A stretch of 64,000 nt of DNA from Rubripirellula sp. (lineage in GTDB: Bacteria > Planctomycetota > Planctomycetia > Pirellulales > Pirellulaceae). The stretch is from positions 17,248 through 81,247 of the forward strand of contig JAAXIK010000289.1 of NCBI GenBank assembly GCA_012270385.1, given 5' to 3'. The notes beneath the pieces were generated by a model. It saw only the letters and a list, made by a program, of their open reading frames with translations. It ran no database searches and was not told the DNA's origin. Numbering within the stretch: position 1 is the stretch's first letter; every line of letters begins with the position of its first letter. The position numbers and the translations under genes are program-made. This document shows, piece by piece, positions 1 to 10,246 of the stretch.

Positions 1-1721
1 CTCAACAAGACATCTATACGATTACTGCTGAGACCGCCTCAACGAACCTCAGAGCGATCCGCTTGGAAGCACTAACGCATCCATCTCTTCCAGGCGGTGG
101 GCCGGGTAGACACTCTAACTCCAACTTTGTGCTCAGCGAGTTCGAACTGGAAGCAATCTCGATCCTCAACCCCAACAACAGTAGGAAAATTAAATTTAAG
201 AGTGTTGTGGCAGATTACTCGCAACAGGGCTATGAAATCGGCAAAACCATAGATGGGCAAGTTTCCAACAACAGTGGCTGGGCTGTAGACGGACCAACTC
301 GAAAAAAGTCGGCAACAGCGATTTGGGTCGCTAATGAACCTTTTGGATATGAAGGGGGGACTCAATTGAAGTTCACCCTCAAACACCAAGCGAACTTTGC
401 CACACACGGTATTGGTCGCCCAAGGCTATCGATCACCTCGGACATGCGTACCCGATATGAATTCACTAATATTCCAAAATCCATCCTCGCCAAAATTGAG
501 AAACCCTTTGAAGAATTGGCAGAGAAGGAACAGCAGGAATTGACCGCATATTTTCTTGAAAAACATGATCCACGCGCTGACCTTCGTCGGCAAATAGAGA
601 ACTTGCAAAATAAATTGAACCAGCTGATTCCCACAACAATGGTAATGGCTGAGCTCTCGCAACCGCGCACGACCCATATTCTCGAACGTGGACAATATGA
701 TCAACCTGGGGCACCGGTCACCGCAGGCGTTCCAGAATGTTGTTCAGCATCGACGAAGATGGAAATCAAGAACCGGCTTGATTTTGCGACGTGGCTAACC
801 GAACCCAATCACCCACTTACTGCACGTGTTGCTGTAAATCGTCATTGGCGTCGATTATTCGGGCGTGGCTTGGTGGAAACTGCCGAGGACTTTGGCATTC
901 AGGGTGACCTACCTAGTCATCCTGAACTTCTTGATTGGCTCGCTACAGATTTGATCTCTAATGGGTGGGATATCAAATACTTACAACGTCAGATCATCAC
1001 CTCCGCGACCTATCGACAGTCATCCATCGTAGAGCGTGAAAGCTATGAGTTCGATCCTGATAACCAATGGCTATCACGCGGACCAAGATTCAGACTAGAT
1101 GGTGAACAAATACGAGATTCAGCACTTTCAGCAAGTGGATTACTGCACACACAACTTGGAGGAAAGAGTGTCTTTCCCTATCAACCTGAAGGCCTTTGGC
1201 TTGAACTCAATAATCGACCGGGATACTCAAAAGCTTATCCGCAAGGTACTGGGGAGGATTTGGTAAGACGAAGCATCTACTCATTCTGGAAGAGAACGGT
1301 CCCATCACCCATGCTCAAAACCCTTGATGCGCCAGAACGAGAATTCTGCACCATTCGACGCTCCAGGACCAACACACCACTGCAAGCTTTGCTACTGTTA
1401 AATGGTACACAATTCATGGAGGCCTCGATCTTCCTCGGGTCCCGTATGATGCTGGAGGGTGAAGGCGATATAACACAACGAATTGCCTTTGGTTTTCGGC
1501 TGGTGACCTCACGTTTTCCTTCAGAGGAAGAATTAAAGATTTTACGACAAGAGTACAATGCATCTCTGCAACAAACAGTGGATGTGAAAGAAGATGATCC
1601 AAGCTTGGGTTTGGTTATCGTTAAACTTCGTGATCTTCAACTCAACCCAACTCAATTACGCGCCTACGCAAACGTTGCGAGGATCATTCTTAACCTGGAT
1701 GAATCCATCACCAAAAGCTGA
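1..1721 (+). CDS. PSD1/DUF1553 (planctomycete cytochrome c-associated) domain protein, 5'-partial
   Basis: Frame is open from nt 3 (QQDIYTITAETAST...) into the 63..1721 ORF. It has PSD1 motifs RGQYDQPG, HPLTARVAVNRHW, GDLPSHPELLDWLA, RLDGEQIRD, RRSIY and TNTPLQALLLLN, and is followed directly by a DUF1501 gene, the usual partner. Confidence 0.9.
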   Translation, partial: QQDIYTITAETASTNLRAIRLEALTHPSLPGGGPGRHSNSNFVLSEFELEAISILNPNNSRKIKFKSVVADYSQQGYEIGKTIDGQVSNNSGWAVDGPTRKKSATAIWVANEPFGYEGGTQLKFTLKHQANFATHGIGRPRLSITSDMRTRYEFTNIPKSILAKIEKPFEELAEKEQQELTAYFLEKHDPRADLRRQIENLQNKLNQLIPTTMVMAELSQPRTTHILERGQYDQPGAPVTAGVPECCSASTKMEIKNRLDFATWLTEPNHPLTARVAVNRHWRRLFGRGLVETAEDFGIQGDLPSHPELLDWLATDLISNGWDIKYLQRQIITSATYRQSSIVERESYEFDPDNQWLSRGPRFRLDGEQIRDSALSASGLLHTQLGGKSVFPYQPEGLWLELNNRPGYSKAYPQGTGEDLVRRSIYSFWKRTVPSPMLKTLDAPEREFCTIRRSRTNTPLQALLLLNGTQFMEASIFLGSRMMLEGEGDITQRIAFGFRLVTSRFPSEEELKILRQEYNASLQQTVDVKEDDPSLGLVIVKLRDLQLNPTQLRAYANVARIILNLDESITKS

Positions 1722-1759
1722 CCTGACACGGTACTAGAAACACCGCCTACACACTCACC

Positions 1760-3214
1760 ATGCAGACCTTAACACTCCCACACAATTTAGATCGCCGTCG
1801 TTTCTTGGAGCGAACCACCCGCGGTCTGAGCAGTCTTGCCTTAGCAAGTCTTTTGAACAACCAGACTGATCAGGCTCTCGGTGATACGGTAGATGGTGCG
1901 GCGAATCCTGCGAACCCTCTGCCACATTTTGCTGCTAAAGCGAAACGTGTCATCTATATGCTTCAGTCGGGTGCACCGTCTCAAGTTGATCTGTTTGACT
2001 ATAAACAGACGCTGAAAAATCTCCATCTGACTGAATTACCTGATAGCGTAAGACAATCTCAACGTCTGACAGGAATGACCGCTGGCCAAAAGCAGTTTCC
2101 GATCGTTCAGTCACCCTGGAAATTTAATCGACACGGTCAGTCCGGAACACGATTCAGCGAGCTATTACCTCAAATAGGTTCAGTGGCGGATGACTTATGC
2201 GTTATTAAATCGATGCACACCGAAGCCATCAATCACGATCCAGCAATCACTTTTTTCCAATCTGGGAATCAGCAACCGGGTCGACCAAGTGTGGGAGCTT
2301 GGCTTAGCTATGGTCTAGGCAGCGAGACAGAAAATCTACCAGCATTCGTCGTTCTTCTGAATAAAAACTCCTTCTTTCAAGCCCAACCACTTTACGATCG
2401 ACTTTGGGGAAGCGGCTTCCTCCCGTCGAAGTATCAGGGGGTAAAATTTCGGAGTACGGGAGATCCGGTCCTTTACCTAAAAGATCCGCTAAATAGTTCA
2501 GCGTCGATCCGAAGAGCTAGATTAGATCGACTTTCCGCCCTCAACCAAATCCGATCCAAAACAGTGGGTGAGCCAGCAATCGATTCGCGCATTGCACAGT
2601 ATGAAATGGCTTTTAGGATGCAAGCATCGGTTCCTGAATTAACCAATCTAAATGATGAACCGGAAAGCACATTTAAACTTTATGGAGAAGATGCAAAAAT
2701 TCCGGGCAGCCACGCAGCAAACTGCCTGCTCGCAAGAAGGCTTGCTGAGAGAGGAGTACGATTTATTCAGATTTTCCATCGCGGTTGGGATCATCATTCT
2801 AATGTAAAAACACATTTACCGACGCTCGCCAAAGAAACAGACCAAGGTTCGGCAGCACTCATCAAAGATCTTAAACAACGAGGAATGCTCGAAGATACAT
2901 TAGTGATTTGGGCAGGGGAATTTGGAAGAACGGTTTATTCACAAGGCAATCCCAATACTTTTGGTCGAGACCATCACCCCAGATGTTTTTCGATCTGGAT
3001 GGCAGGCGGCGGAATCAAAGGTGGGTATTCTCATGGCGAGACCGACGACTTCTGCTACAACATTATTCAAGATCCAGTCCACGTTCATGATTTTCATGCA
3101 ACGTTGCTCCATTGCCTTGGCATTAACCACAAGCAACTCACCTATCGTTTTCAAGGGCGAGATTATCGATTGACCGATGTTCACGGGAAGGTCGTTCAAG
3201 ATATCCTCGCGTGA
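1760..3214 (+). CDS. DUF1501 family protein (Tat-exported, alkaline-phosphatase/sulfatase-like)
   Basis: Twin-arginine leader DRRRFL; motifs GAPSQVDLFDYK, INHDPA, GWDHH, GEFGRT, GRDHHP, HVHDFHATLLH. Confidence 0.92.
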   Translation: MQTLTLPHNLDRRRFLERTTRGLSSLALASLLNNQTDQALGDTVDGAANPANPLPHFAAKAKRVIYMLQSGAPSQVDLFDYKQTLKNLHLTELPDSVRQSQRLTGMTAGQKQFPIVQSPWKFNRHGQSGTRFSELLPQIGSVADDLCVIKSMHTEAINHDPAITFFQSGNQQPGRPSVGAWLSYGLGSETENLPAFVVLLNKNSFFQAQPLYDRLWGSGFLPSKYQGVKFRSTGDPVLYLKDPLNSSASIRRARLDRLSALNQIRSKTVGEPAIDSRIAQYEMAFRMQASVPELTNLNDEPESTFKLYGEDAKIPGSHAANCLLARRLAERGVRFIQIFHRGWDHHSNVKTHLPTLAKETDQGSAALIKDLKQRGMLEDTLVIWAGEFGRTVYSQGNPNTFGRDHHPRCFSIWMAGGGIKGGYSHGETDDFCYNIIQDPVHVHDFHATLLHCLGINHKQLTYRFQGRDYRLTDVHGKVVQDILA

Positions 3215-3266
3215 GACTCCGCAGATCTCTGTCACCATGACCCAACATTCACCTTATCGAATTCGA

Positions 3267-4226
3267 ATGAAAATGTATTACCCACCTGCCATTCTGCTGT
3301 TACTCGCAACCACTTACACTTGTTCGTTACATCTCCCTCTCGCAGCAGGCGAAAACGAAGTCAAGCCAACGAAACATCGTATTGACACCCACATTCATCT
3401 CTATGACACACGGAGGGATGTTGAAATCACCTGGCCACCCGAATCGGACGAGATTCTTTATCAGCCGCATTTGCCAAACCAATACACCCCCCTGGCGAAA
3501 TCATCCGGCGTGACAGGTGTAGTGGTTGTCGAGGCGAGTCTTAATTACGACGACAACCAATGGGTGCTCGATTTAGTGGCGAATGAAAAGGATTTTTACG
3601 TTGGCCTTGTCGGCAACATCGATATCAATGAAAAGGAATTCAGGGCCCGATTACGCGAACGAAAAAAAGATTCCAGATTCGTAGGCATCCGCCCGAGGAA
3701 CCGTGAACCGATTGACTATACAGACAAAGTTGTATTAAAGAATCTCCGGATCCTTGCCAGGAATGACCTGACGATGGATTACCTGACTAACGGAGGTGGT
3801 ATAGCTGGTCTCGAAGCGATTGAAAAAGTAGCAACCGAAATTCCCAAATTAAAAATCGTCGTCAATCACTGCTTAGGTTACAACTTCGACGGTAAAGCAC
3901 CATCAGAGGATTGGATCAAAGCTGTGAATCAACTCGCATCGCATCCAAATGTTTCTTGCAAGATTTCTGGTCTCTACCAACGATCAACTCAGCAACCGGC
4001 ACCCCAAGATATCACTTACTACGAAGATGTCCTCGAAGTTCTTTGGAGTGCATTCGGAGAAGATCGTTTAGTTTACGGGAGCAACTGGCCTGTTACCAAG
4101 CACACCGGCTCCTATCAAAGCTTTGTTCAACTTGTAGATCAATTCATCAGCAAAAAAGGTTCCGAGGCCAGGGAAAAATATTACTGGAAGAACGCAACGG
4201 AGCTCTACAAGTTGCCACTCAAATAG
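3267..4226 (+). CDS. Amidohydrolase_2 family protein (sugar-lactonase-like), with signal peptide
   Basis: IDTHIHLYD metal-binding motif, VVNH, CKISG and RLVYGSNWPV. Hydrophobic N-terminus after ATG 3267; the start is chosen by eye. Confidence 0.82.
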   Translation: MKMYYPPAILLLLATTYTCSLHLPLAAGENEVKPTKHRIDTHIHLYDTRRDVEITWPPESDEILYQPHLPNQYTPLAKSSGVTGVVVVEASLNYDDNQWVLDLVANEKDFYVGLVGNIDINEKEFRARLRERKKDSRFVGIRPRNREPIDYTDKVVLKNLRILARNDLTMDYLTNGGGIAGLEAIEKVATEIPKLKIVVNHCLGYNFDGKAPSEDWIKAVNQLASHPNVSCKISGLYQRSTQQPAPQDITYYEDVLEVLWSAFGEDRLVYGSNWPVTKHTGSYQSFVQLVDQFISKKGSEAREKYYWKNATELYKLPLK

Positions 4227-4317
4227 ATCTTTCAAATGATCTATTACTCAAAACTCCCCTCACTGCGTCCACAAACCATGAGGGGCAGAGATGTCCAAGC
4301 GAAGTTCTTTGAAGTCA

Positions 4318-4344
4318 GGGATGAACTGGCTGTCATCCCATTTT
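4318..4344 (+). terminator. Possible intrinsic terminator hairpin between convergent genes
   Basis: GGGATGA-(8 nt)-TCATCCC followed by ATTTT, in the gap between the stops at 4226 (+) and 4361 (-). Confidence 0.3.
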
Positions 4345-4360
4345 GAAGACCGAGAGCTTT

Positions 4361-7294
4361 TCAATCGAGAAAATTCTCTGTTTGCACGAGTGCTCTTATC
4401 AATTTTTGTATTGGATAGCCCTCGCTTCCTAATTCTCTCACGATCTTGTGCGTGACTACACGATCTCCCGGGGTTAGCTCTCTTGCGAGTGCATAACGCA
4501 TAAGATGCTGCGTGAAAGCATTTGCAAACTGCTCAGACTCTCCCAGCAAACGCTTTTTGAACTCGGTCACGTCACTGAAGGCGTCACGCTGAAATAGCTT
4601 GCCGCTCACGTCGACATCTCTGCCATTTTTGTATCTTGTACGCCAACGCCCCGTAATATCGTAATTTTCGAGAGCGAAACCTAACGGATCCAGTTGGTTG
4701 TGACATCCAGAACATGATGGGTTTGCACGATGTTGTGAAAATTTCTCGCGAATCGTTAATTCTGTTCCGCCGGCTTCCTCATCAAGCGGCGGAATATCAT
4801 TTGGTGGGGGGAGAGGGGGATCATTAAATAACACTTCTGTCACCCATACACCTCGAGCAACGGGGTGCGTTCGATTGGGTCCGGAAGTCATGGTAAGCAC
4901 CGCGGCATTCGTCATGATGCCTCCGTAACGAGGATCCTGTACTTCGGCACGATCGAAGGTTGGATCACTCATTAATTTCTTCAGCCGATCTTCGAAAGAC
5001 CTCTGATTTGCTCTCTTCACTTCCCCAAGATCGATGTCAGCAGGAATCTCGGTAAGAGCTTTTCTTGCAACCTTCAATTCCCTCCGTTCTTGGTCAATGA
5101 CTGACATTTGGTTCCCGGTCAACGCAAGGCGGAGTTCCTCATCTGTAAGATAACTTCCACCATACCGGAAAGCGCTCAGAACATCAGTCTCCGATAAAGG
5201 TCGATCGTAGAGTGCTGCACGATCAATACGCACATTCAAGTATCGATTTCCACCAGCAGGTAAATGGCGAAGCCCAAACAATACAGAGGATTCTCCGCTC
5301 TTAAACTTTGCTCGGTTTTTTGTAAAAGATCCGCCGTAGGGCTCTCCATTGCGGTAAAGCTGAGTGGTTCCGTTCTCGTGATAAACCATCACCAAGTGAA
5401 TCAATTCATCCGTGATGTTCTCGGCAAAGGAATCAGGAAAGTCATCCGTTCGAGCAAAGCCGTTGCTTCCGGAAATCCAATGGCGATCTTTTCTTTCGCC
5501 AATCACAATCGAATCAAACAATCCTCCGGGTCCCTGCATGGTCATCAGTCCACCACCTCTCTGATCAAGATCAGACAAAGCAAACAACACTTCGAAACTC
5601 TTACCTGCGAATTCAATCGGTAAAGCCGAACTTTTTAGAAATGACTTTTGAAGGACGACTGCCCCATTTTCGTAAGTGACTGCACCCTCTGCGGTGAGAT
5701 GTAATTCACCAACACTATCTCGCAAATTCTCGTCGAATTCCCAAACTGCATAAGGCTTAAGATCGATTGTATTTGGAACGCCATTTCGCTTCCGTAAGAT
5801 CCCCTCGCGCACCGGCTCGATGATCGCTTCAATTCGTCTTTCATGGTCGCCAATCTGTTGGCGGAGTTTTGCTCGTGCCTGAGCTCGTTCCTCGTTGGTT
5901 TTTTGAATTGCATCCTGGTCAACAGGGTCTGGTTTTAAGTTGCCAAAGTACCACTCTGTCAGAAACTTACTTTGATAGACAACCTCTGGTGATAGGAATT
6001 CGATGATAGATCGATTCTCCAAATAGATCAGATCAAATAACAACAGAGGTTCGACAAGCATGTGCAATCCCGCAGGAGCCTCTGGATTCAAAGAGTAAAA
6101 CCGATTCAGCTTGGGATTGGGTGTAGCCGCCAAAACGTTTTCTAATTGCAGCCATTGAACGGGAAACGAATCAAGGAACCGCTGCACTTTGGCATCAGCA
6201 AGCATTCTTTTCACGGTTTTATCGAGCACATCCGGATCACGTAATTCTCCACTCTCGGCGAGGTCCAACAGTGGAAGATCAGGACCGCTACTCCAAAGGA
6301 AATAGGAGAGCCGTGAAGCTAAAGGGTAACAACTACTCTCTTCAGCTCGAGAAGAAGTTCTGTAGAGGAATAGTGGTGAAGATAATACCGCAGCAGCTAC
6401 TTTCTTCATCCCCTTTTCCACCGAGTGCTCAGCTTCAATCTGAACTAAGGCATATTCGACATATCGTTCCAATGTGGCCACTTCAACGTTCTGCCGAAAT
6501 GCAAGCCTCAGGAAGTCACTCAGGCGACTCCTGACAAGCACTCCCAAGTTCTCTTCAGCTTGGGGTTCAGAAAAAAACTGTGACCAGATACCAACCGTCT
6601 CCGAGTTGAAATCTGGACTCTCAACGATTGACACGCTTAATTTAAAAAAAGAGTCGAGCAAGAGAGGAGATAGCGTAAGTTGATTCGCCTGATTATCGTA
6701 CCCATGCTCGGCTCGCAGATCTTTGGGAAAAGGCTTCACACCCTCCAGGACCGGCTGCTGATGAAGCGATGCGGGCAGTACTCGGACGCGGTCGGGAAGA
6801 TGCTGTTATTGGTTGGCTGTTTCGGAAACCTCCAGATAATTGTCTTCTCGGTGAATGAGTTTTTCCGCGAGGACAAAAAGGTCACGATCAAGCTGAAAAA
6901 GATCTCGCACTGTGTAGTTGTATTGAAACCTGTTTAGGCGGCGGATCGGATTGGGTTCGATCTCGGCATCCTTCACCAACGCTTCTAATCTAGACCTCAT
7001 TGGGATCAGAGCTGCATTCAGAATCGCTTGATCCAATATTTCATGATCCGGAGGCGGCATGGTCCTGTGCGATACTTCTTTGATCACCCGCTCCAAGAGT
7101 GCAGGATTTTCAAAAACCGAGCGAGGACCTTTCTCGACATCCAACCGCACGTCCCCGCTAGGATCATCAGAACTATGACAATCTAAGCAATGGTTCTCGA
7201 TCAATTGGATGGATCCAATGTCTGCTAACTCATTTGCTGCACAGACAGATGCGAACCCAAAGCAGAAACAGGCGACGATCATTTTCATCATCAT
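4361..7294 (-). pseudogene. DUF1592-family (PSCyt/DUF1587/1595/1592/1588/1585) diheme cytochrome c protein with LamG-like insert, interrupted by one in-frame TAA
   Basis: ORFs 6806..7294 and 4361..6739 share a frame. Reading through the TAA at 6806-6808 gives ...SETANQ*QHLPDRVRVLPASLHQQPVLEGVKPFPKDLRAEHGYDN. The N-part has a signal peptide, CLDCH and RRLNRFQYNYTVRDLF; the C-part has LASRLSYFLWSSGPD, HPVARGVWV and CSGCH..LDPLGFALENYD. Confidence 0.85.
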
Positions 7295-7385
7295 GTGCGA
7301 TTCCTAACGGAATGGTTTGGACTTGTGATCCCAGACATGTGGACCGTCTCAACAAGAATACTGCCGCGACGGCACTCAGATTCAA

Positions 7386-8750
7386 TCAGCTCCACAGCTC
7401 CGAAATCACACCCGTACTGTCAGCGTAGGAATCCCTCTCCAAGCCCATGAGCTGCGCGATGGTTAGCCACAGGTTGGAGTTGAGTGTTCCACTAGGCATT
7501 TTGATAAATCGACCCTGCTTGATCTGGTTCTGTGCTTTACCTGTAATCATCATGGGTAGATCGTAGTACTGGTGCGTTGCTCCATCACCGAGACCTGCTC
7601 CGAAAGCGACAAGCGAGTTATCAAACATCTTGCTACCATCGACTTCTTGCACCTCTTTCAGTCTCTTCATCAGATACGCAAATTGTTCCATATGGAAAAT
7701 ATCGATCTTCTGTAGCTCTTTATAACCTTCACCCTTTTGATTATGCGTCATGTTATGGTGCTGCACGGGCTGATCGAATACACCTTCATACATCAATGTT
7801 GCGTCCCATCTTTCAGGGCCAATCATAAATGTCGCTACATTGGTGATTCCCATCTGAAATGCCAAGAGCATGAGATCCATCTGTAGCCTGATGTATTCAC
7901 CTCTCGGCAATACCTCATTTTTAGGAATATTAAGATCTACGCCTGAAAGCATCTGGTCCATCTTGGAAATACGCAACTCGATACTGCGAACCATTTCCAT
8001 ATACTCGTCTAACGTACGTCGATCTTTTGATCCGAGTTTGTTGGCGAGGCTGCGAGCATCCGCAAGTACCAAATCTGATACCTCCGTTACGTGAGATCGA
8101 TAGCTTTCTTTCAAAAACAGGCGATCATACAGCTTCTGTGGATCCCTGATTGAAGGTGCAATTTTACCTGGTCCATACCAGGAAATATTGTCAAATTCGA
8201 TTGGCTCCTTGGGGGCTGTAAAACCGTTACAGCTAATTTCCAGGGTGTTGTAGACAGACGAAAAACCAACAGCGTCCCCGATGACCTGATCTAAAGTTCG
8301 GCCATTGGGATGTGCCATGCCCCGATTTGCAGCTTGCTCTGGAGAAACACTTGTCAAATAACAAGAGGCACCCTGCGCATGCACATCTTGGCCATTTTTG
8401 TAGGTTCGATCCAATCCAGTGATCAACGTAAAGTCTTGAGTGTGTTGCCGAAGCGGCTCCATCGTTGATGTGAGCTCAAGTGGATAGATACCAGGTTTAT
8501 TGAGGAACCTTCGTTCGTTTTTTGTTTTGTCAGCGTTAAATCCACCAATGAAGCCGGGTATTTCCGCTTCTTCTTCTCCGGGAAAAAAACAGCGGCGGAC
8601 AATCCCATTAGGTAAATAGATGATGGCTAGTTTCTTAGTGGGAGCGCTGATGGAGGAGGAAGCTTTGTCCGCCCAAATCAGTGAATCCATCATTGGTAGA
8701 GTGAGGGTTGCCCCACCACCTCTTAAAACTGCTCTCCTTGATAGCTCCAT
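7386..8750 (-). CDS. DUF1552 family protein (Tat-exported)
   Basis: ATG 8750 is preceded by an AGGAGAGG SD. Tat motif LSRRAVLRG; motifs YLPNG, DVHAQG, TLDQVI, QHHNMTH and GDGATHQYYDLP. Confidence 0.9.
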   Translation of the reverse strand: MELSRRAVLRGGGATLTLPMMDSLIWADKASSSISAPTKKLAIIYLPNGIVRRCFFPGEEEAEIPGFIGGFNADKTKNERRFLNKPGIYPLELTSTMEPLRQHTQDFTLITGLDRTYKNGQDVHAQGASCYLTSVSPEQAANRGMAHPNGRTLDQVIGDAVGFSSVYNTLEISCNGFTAPKEPIEFDNISWYGPGKIAPSIRDPQKLYDRLFLKESYRSHVTEVSDLVLADARSLANKLGSKDRRTLDEYMEMVRSIELRISKMDQMLSGVDLNIPKNEVLPRGEYIRLQMDLMLLAFQMGITNVATFMIGPERWDATLMYEGVFDQPVQHHNMTHNQKGEGYKELQKIDIFHMEQFAYLMKRLKEVQEVDGSKMFDNSLVAFGAGLGDGATHQYYDLPMMITGKAQNQIKQGRFIKMPSGTLNSNLWLTIAQLMGLERDSYADSTGVISELWS

Positions 8751-8944
8751 TTTACCTCTCCTGATTAACATCGCCCGAAGGCAGTGAAGATGACGTCATC
8801 ACAGACTTAGCGTAGAGTCCCGCTTGCGTTACACAGTTTAATCGCCACCCATCATCCGAGGGAATCACGCTAACTAATTTCGCGGGATTGCATCCAGTAA
8901 TTGACTATAGATCAGGGAAAATCACCCGACTATCGATAACCGTC

Positions 8945-10144
8945 TCACTCGAAGGGAGTCAAGAGCTCCCCCACAACAGAAGTCGCGTTGGGTGGTGGAA
9001 CCAGATGCAGAAGCATTCTCGCGATCATCGGAATCTTACTGGAGCCGTGATTGCGCAGAAACCACGCCACCTGCCGATTTGTTTCCATGGATTTTGGACC
9101 GATGGATCGTACGAAAAAATTAGTGAAAGCTCGTGCCCGATGATCGCGGTAGGCATCGAGATCAAAGTTTTTGCTGAGCAAACCGAGTCGCCCTACGGCT
9201 TCAGCAACTAGTAAGAAACTAAAGCATTTATAACAACGCCCACAATTCAAAAAGATCGTGTTATCGTGAGAACCCCTTACACATAAATTGATCTTCCCCG
9301 TGAGTGAGTGATTTGCCAGAACCTCCAACATTTTCTCCAGTCGCGTAGAGTCACCACCAAATTGGGAAAACTCGTTTTCTCTCGTCCTGAGCATAGGCAA
9401 TAGAATCGGATTCAGCGCATCAATGACACGACAAGGCATAGCTTTCAACCCAACTTGCAGGTCTGTACCCGAAGCGAATAAATAACGGTGGTAAACGGGT
9501 GAGAGGGAAAGGGTAGCAGCCGTTGTCCTCATGCTATGACTCTCAAGAAATGAGTAATCAGAAAAGAACTTCGCGGTGTCACAGGATGCCCCTGCTAGCT
9601 CTAGACCATACTCACCAGAAAATCTCTTCGCATGTTCGACATTAGTTTCGTAAAGGCTATCACGCATCACGCTCCCCACTTTGTGATGCATCAACATCGA
9701 AACGGAATAATCATCAGGGAGTTGAGGGTCTCCGATTTTCCGATTGATCAGTTGCATGCTATCAACACCACCACTAAATCCGGTTGCAACGTGATCACTG
9801 GTGGTGATTGCATCACGCAGATCTCTTGGATCCGCTTCGACGTTTACCGTTTGCAGTTCTGGAAAGCAGAGTTTTAGTACTGTCTGCAGACTGCCTCGAG
9901 CATGAAAGAGAAGGTGTGGATCCACTGGATCTTCAACAAGGATATCCTGCTTTGTTTTCATCGCGTGCATGAGCAGCAGAATCAAAAAACAGTCCGGCCT
10001 TGGCTGCACACTCTCTAATCCCTCCACACTACTGAATCGTTGAAACCTGACATCGGTATCACCATCACGCGAGGAGATTGCAGCGATCAGATCGCTCCGA
10101 TCTTGATGGCTCTCTTGCCTGAGATTGGAGATGCGTAAGGCCAT
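8945..10144 (-). CDS. Uncharacterised PP-loop (adenine nucleotide alpha-hydrolase-like) protein with Cys4 Zn motif, QueC/MurL-like fold
   Basis: GFSGGVDS PP-loop; RLEK; C-x12-C-x2-C-x2-C (INLCVRGSHDNTIFLNCGRCYKC); no signal peptide. Confidence 0.7.
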   Translation of the reverse strand: MALRISNLRQESHQDRSDLIAAISSRDGDTDVRFQRFSSVEGLESVQPRPDCFLILLLMHAMKTKQDILVEDPVDPHLLFHARGSLQTVLKLCFPELQTVNVEADPRDLRDAITTSDHVATGFSGGVDSMQLINRKIGDPQLPDDYSVSMLMHHKVGSVMRDSLYETNVEHAKRFSGEYGLELAGASCDTAKFFSDYSFLESHSMRTTAATLSLSPVYHRYLFASGTDLQVGLKAMPCRVIDALNPILLPMLRTRENEFSQFGGDSTRLEKMLEVLANHSLTGKINLCVRGSHDNTIFLNCGRCYKCFSFLLVAEAVGRLGLLSKNFDLDAYRDHRARAFTNFFVRSIGPKSMETNRQVAWFLRNHGSSKIPMIARMLLHLVPPPNATSVVGELLTPFE

Positions 10145-10246
10145 ACTCTCAATGATTATGTGCTTGGGATTTGAGATGAGTTACTAAGATTGGAAAGATC
10201 TTGGAATCCTTCAAAAACTATGGCTAGATCGAGTACGGCATCCAGT

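Noticed and set aside
8945-10144. queC of queuosine synthesis, or a Qat/CBASS/Dpd defence system
   Set aside because: It is much longer than QueC, and no partner genes (queD/E, tgt-like, qatABD, cyclase) are present in the window.
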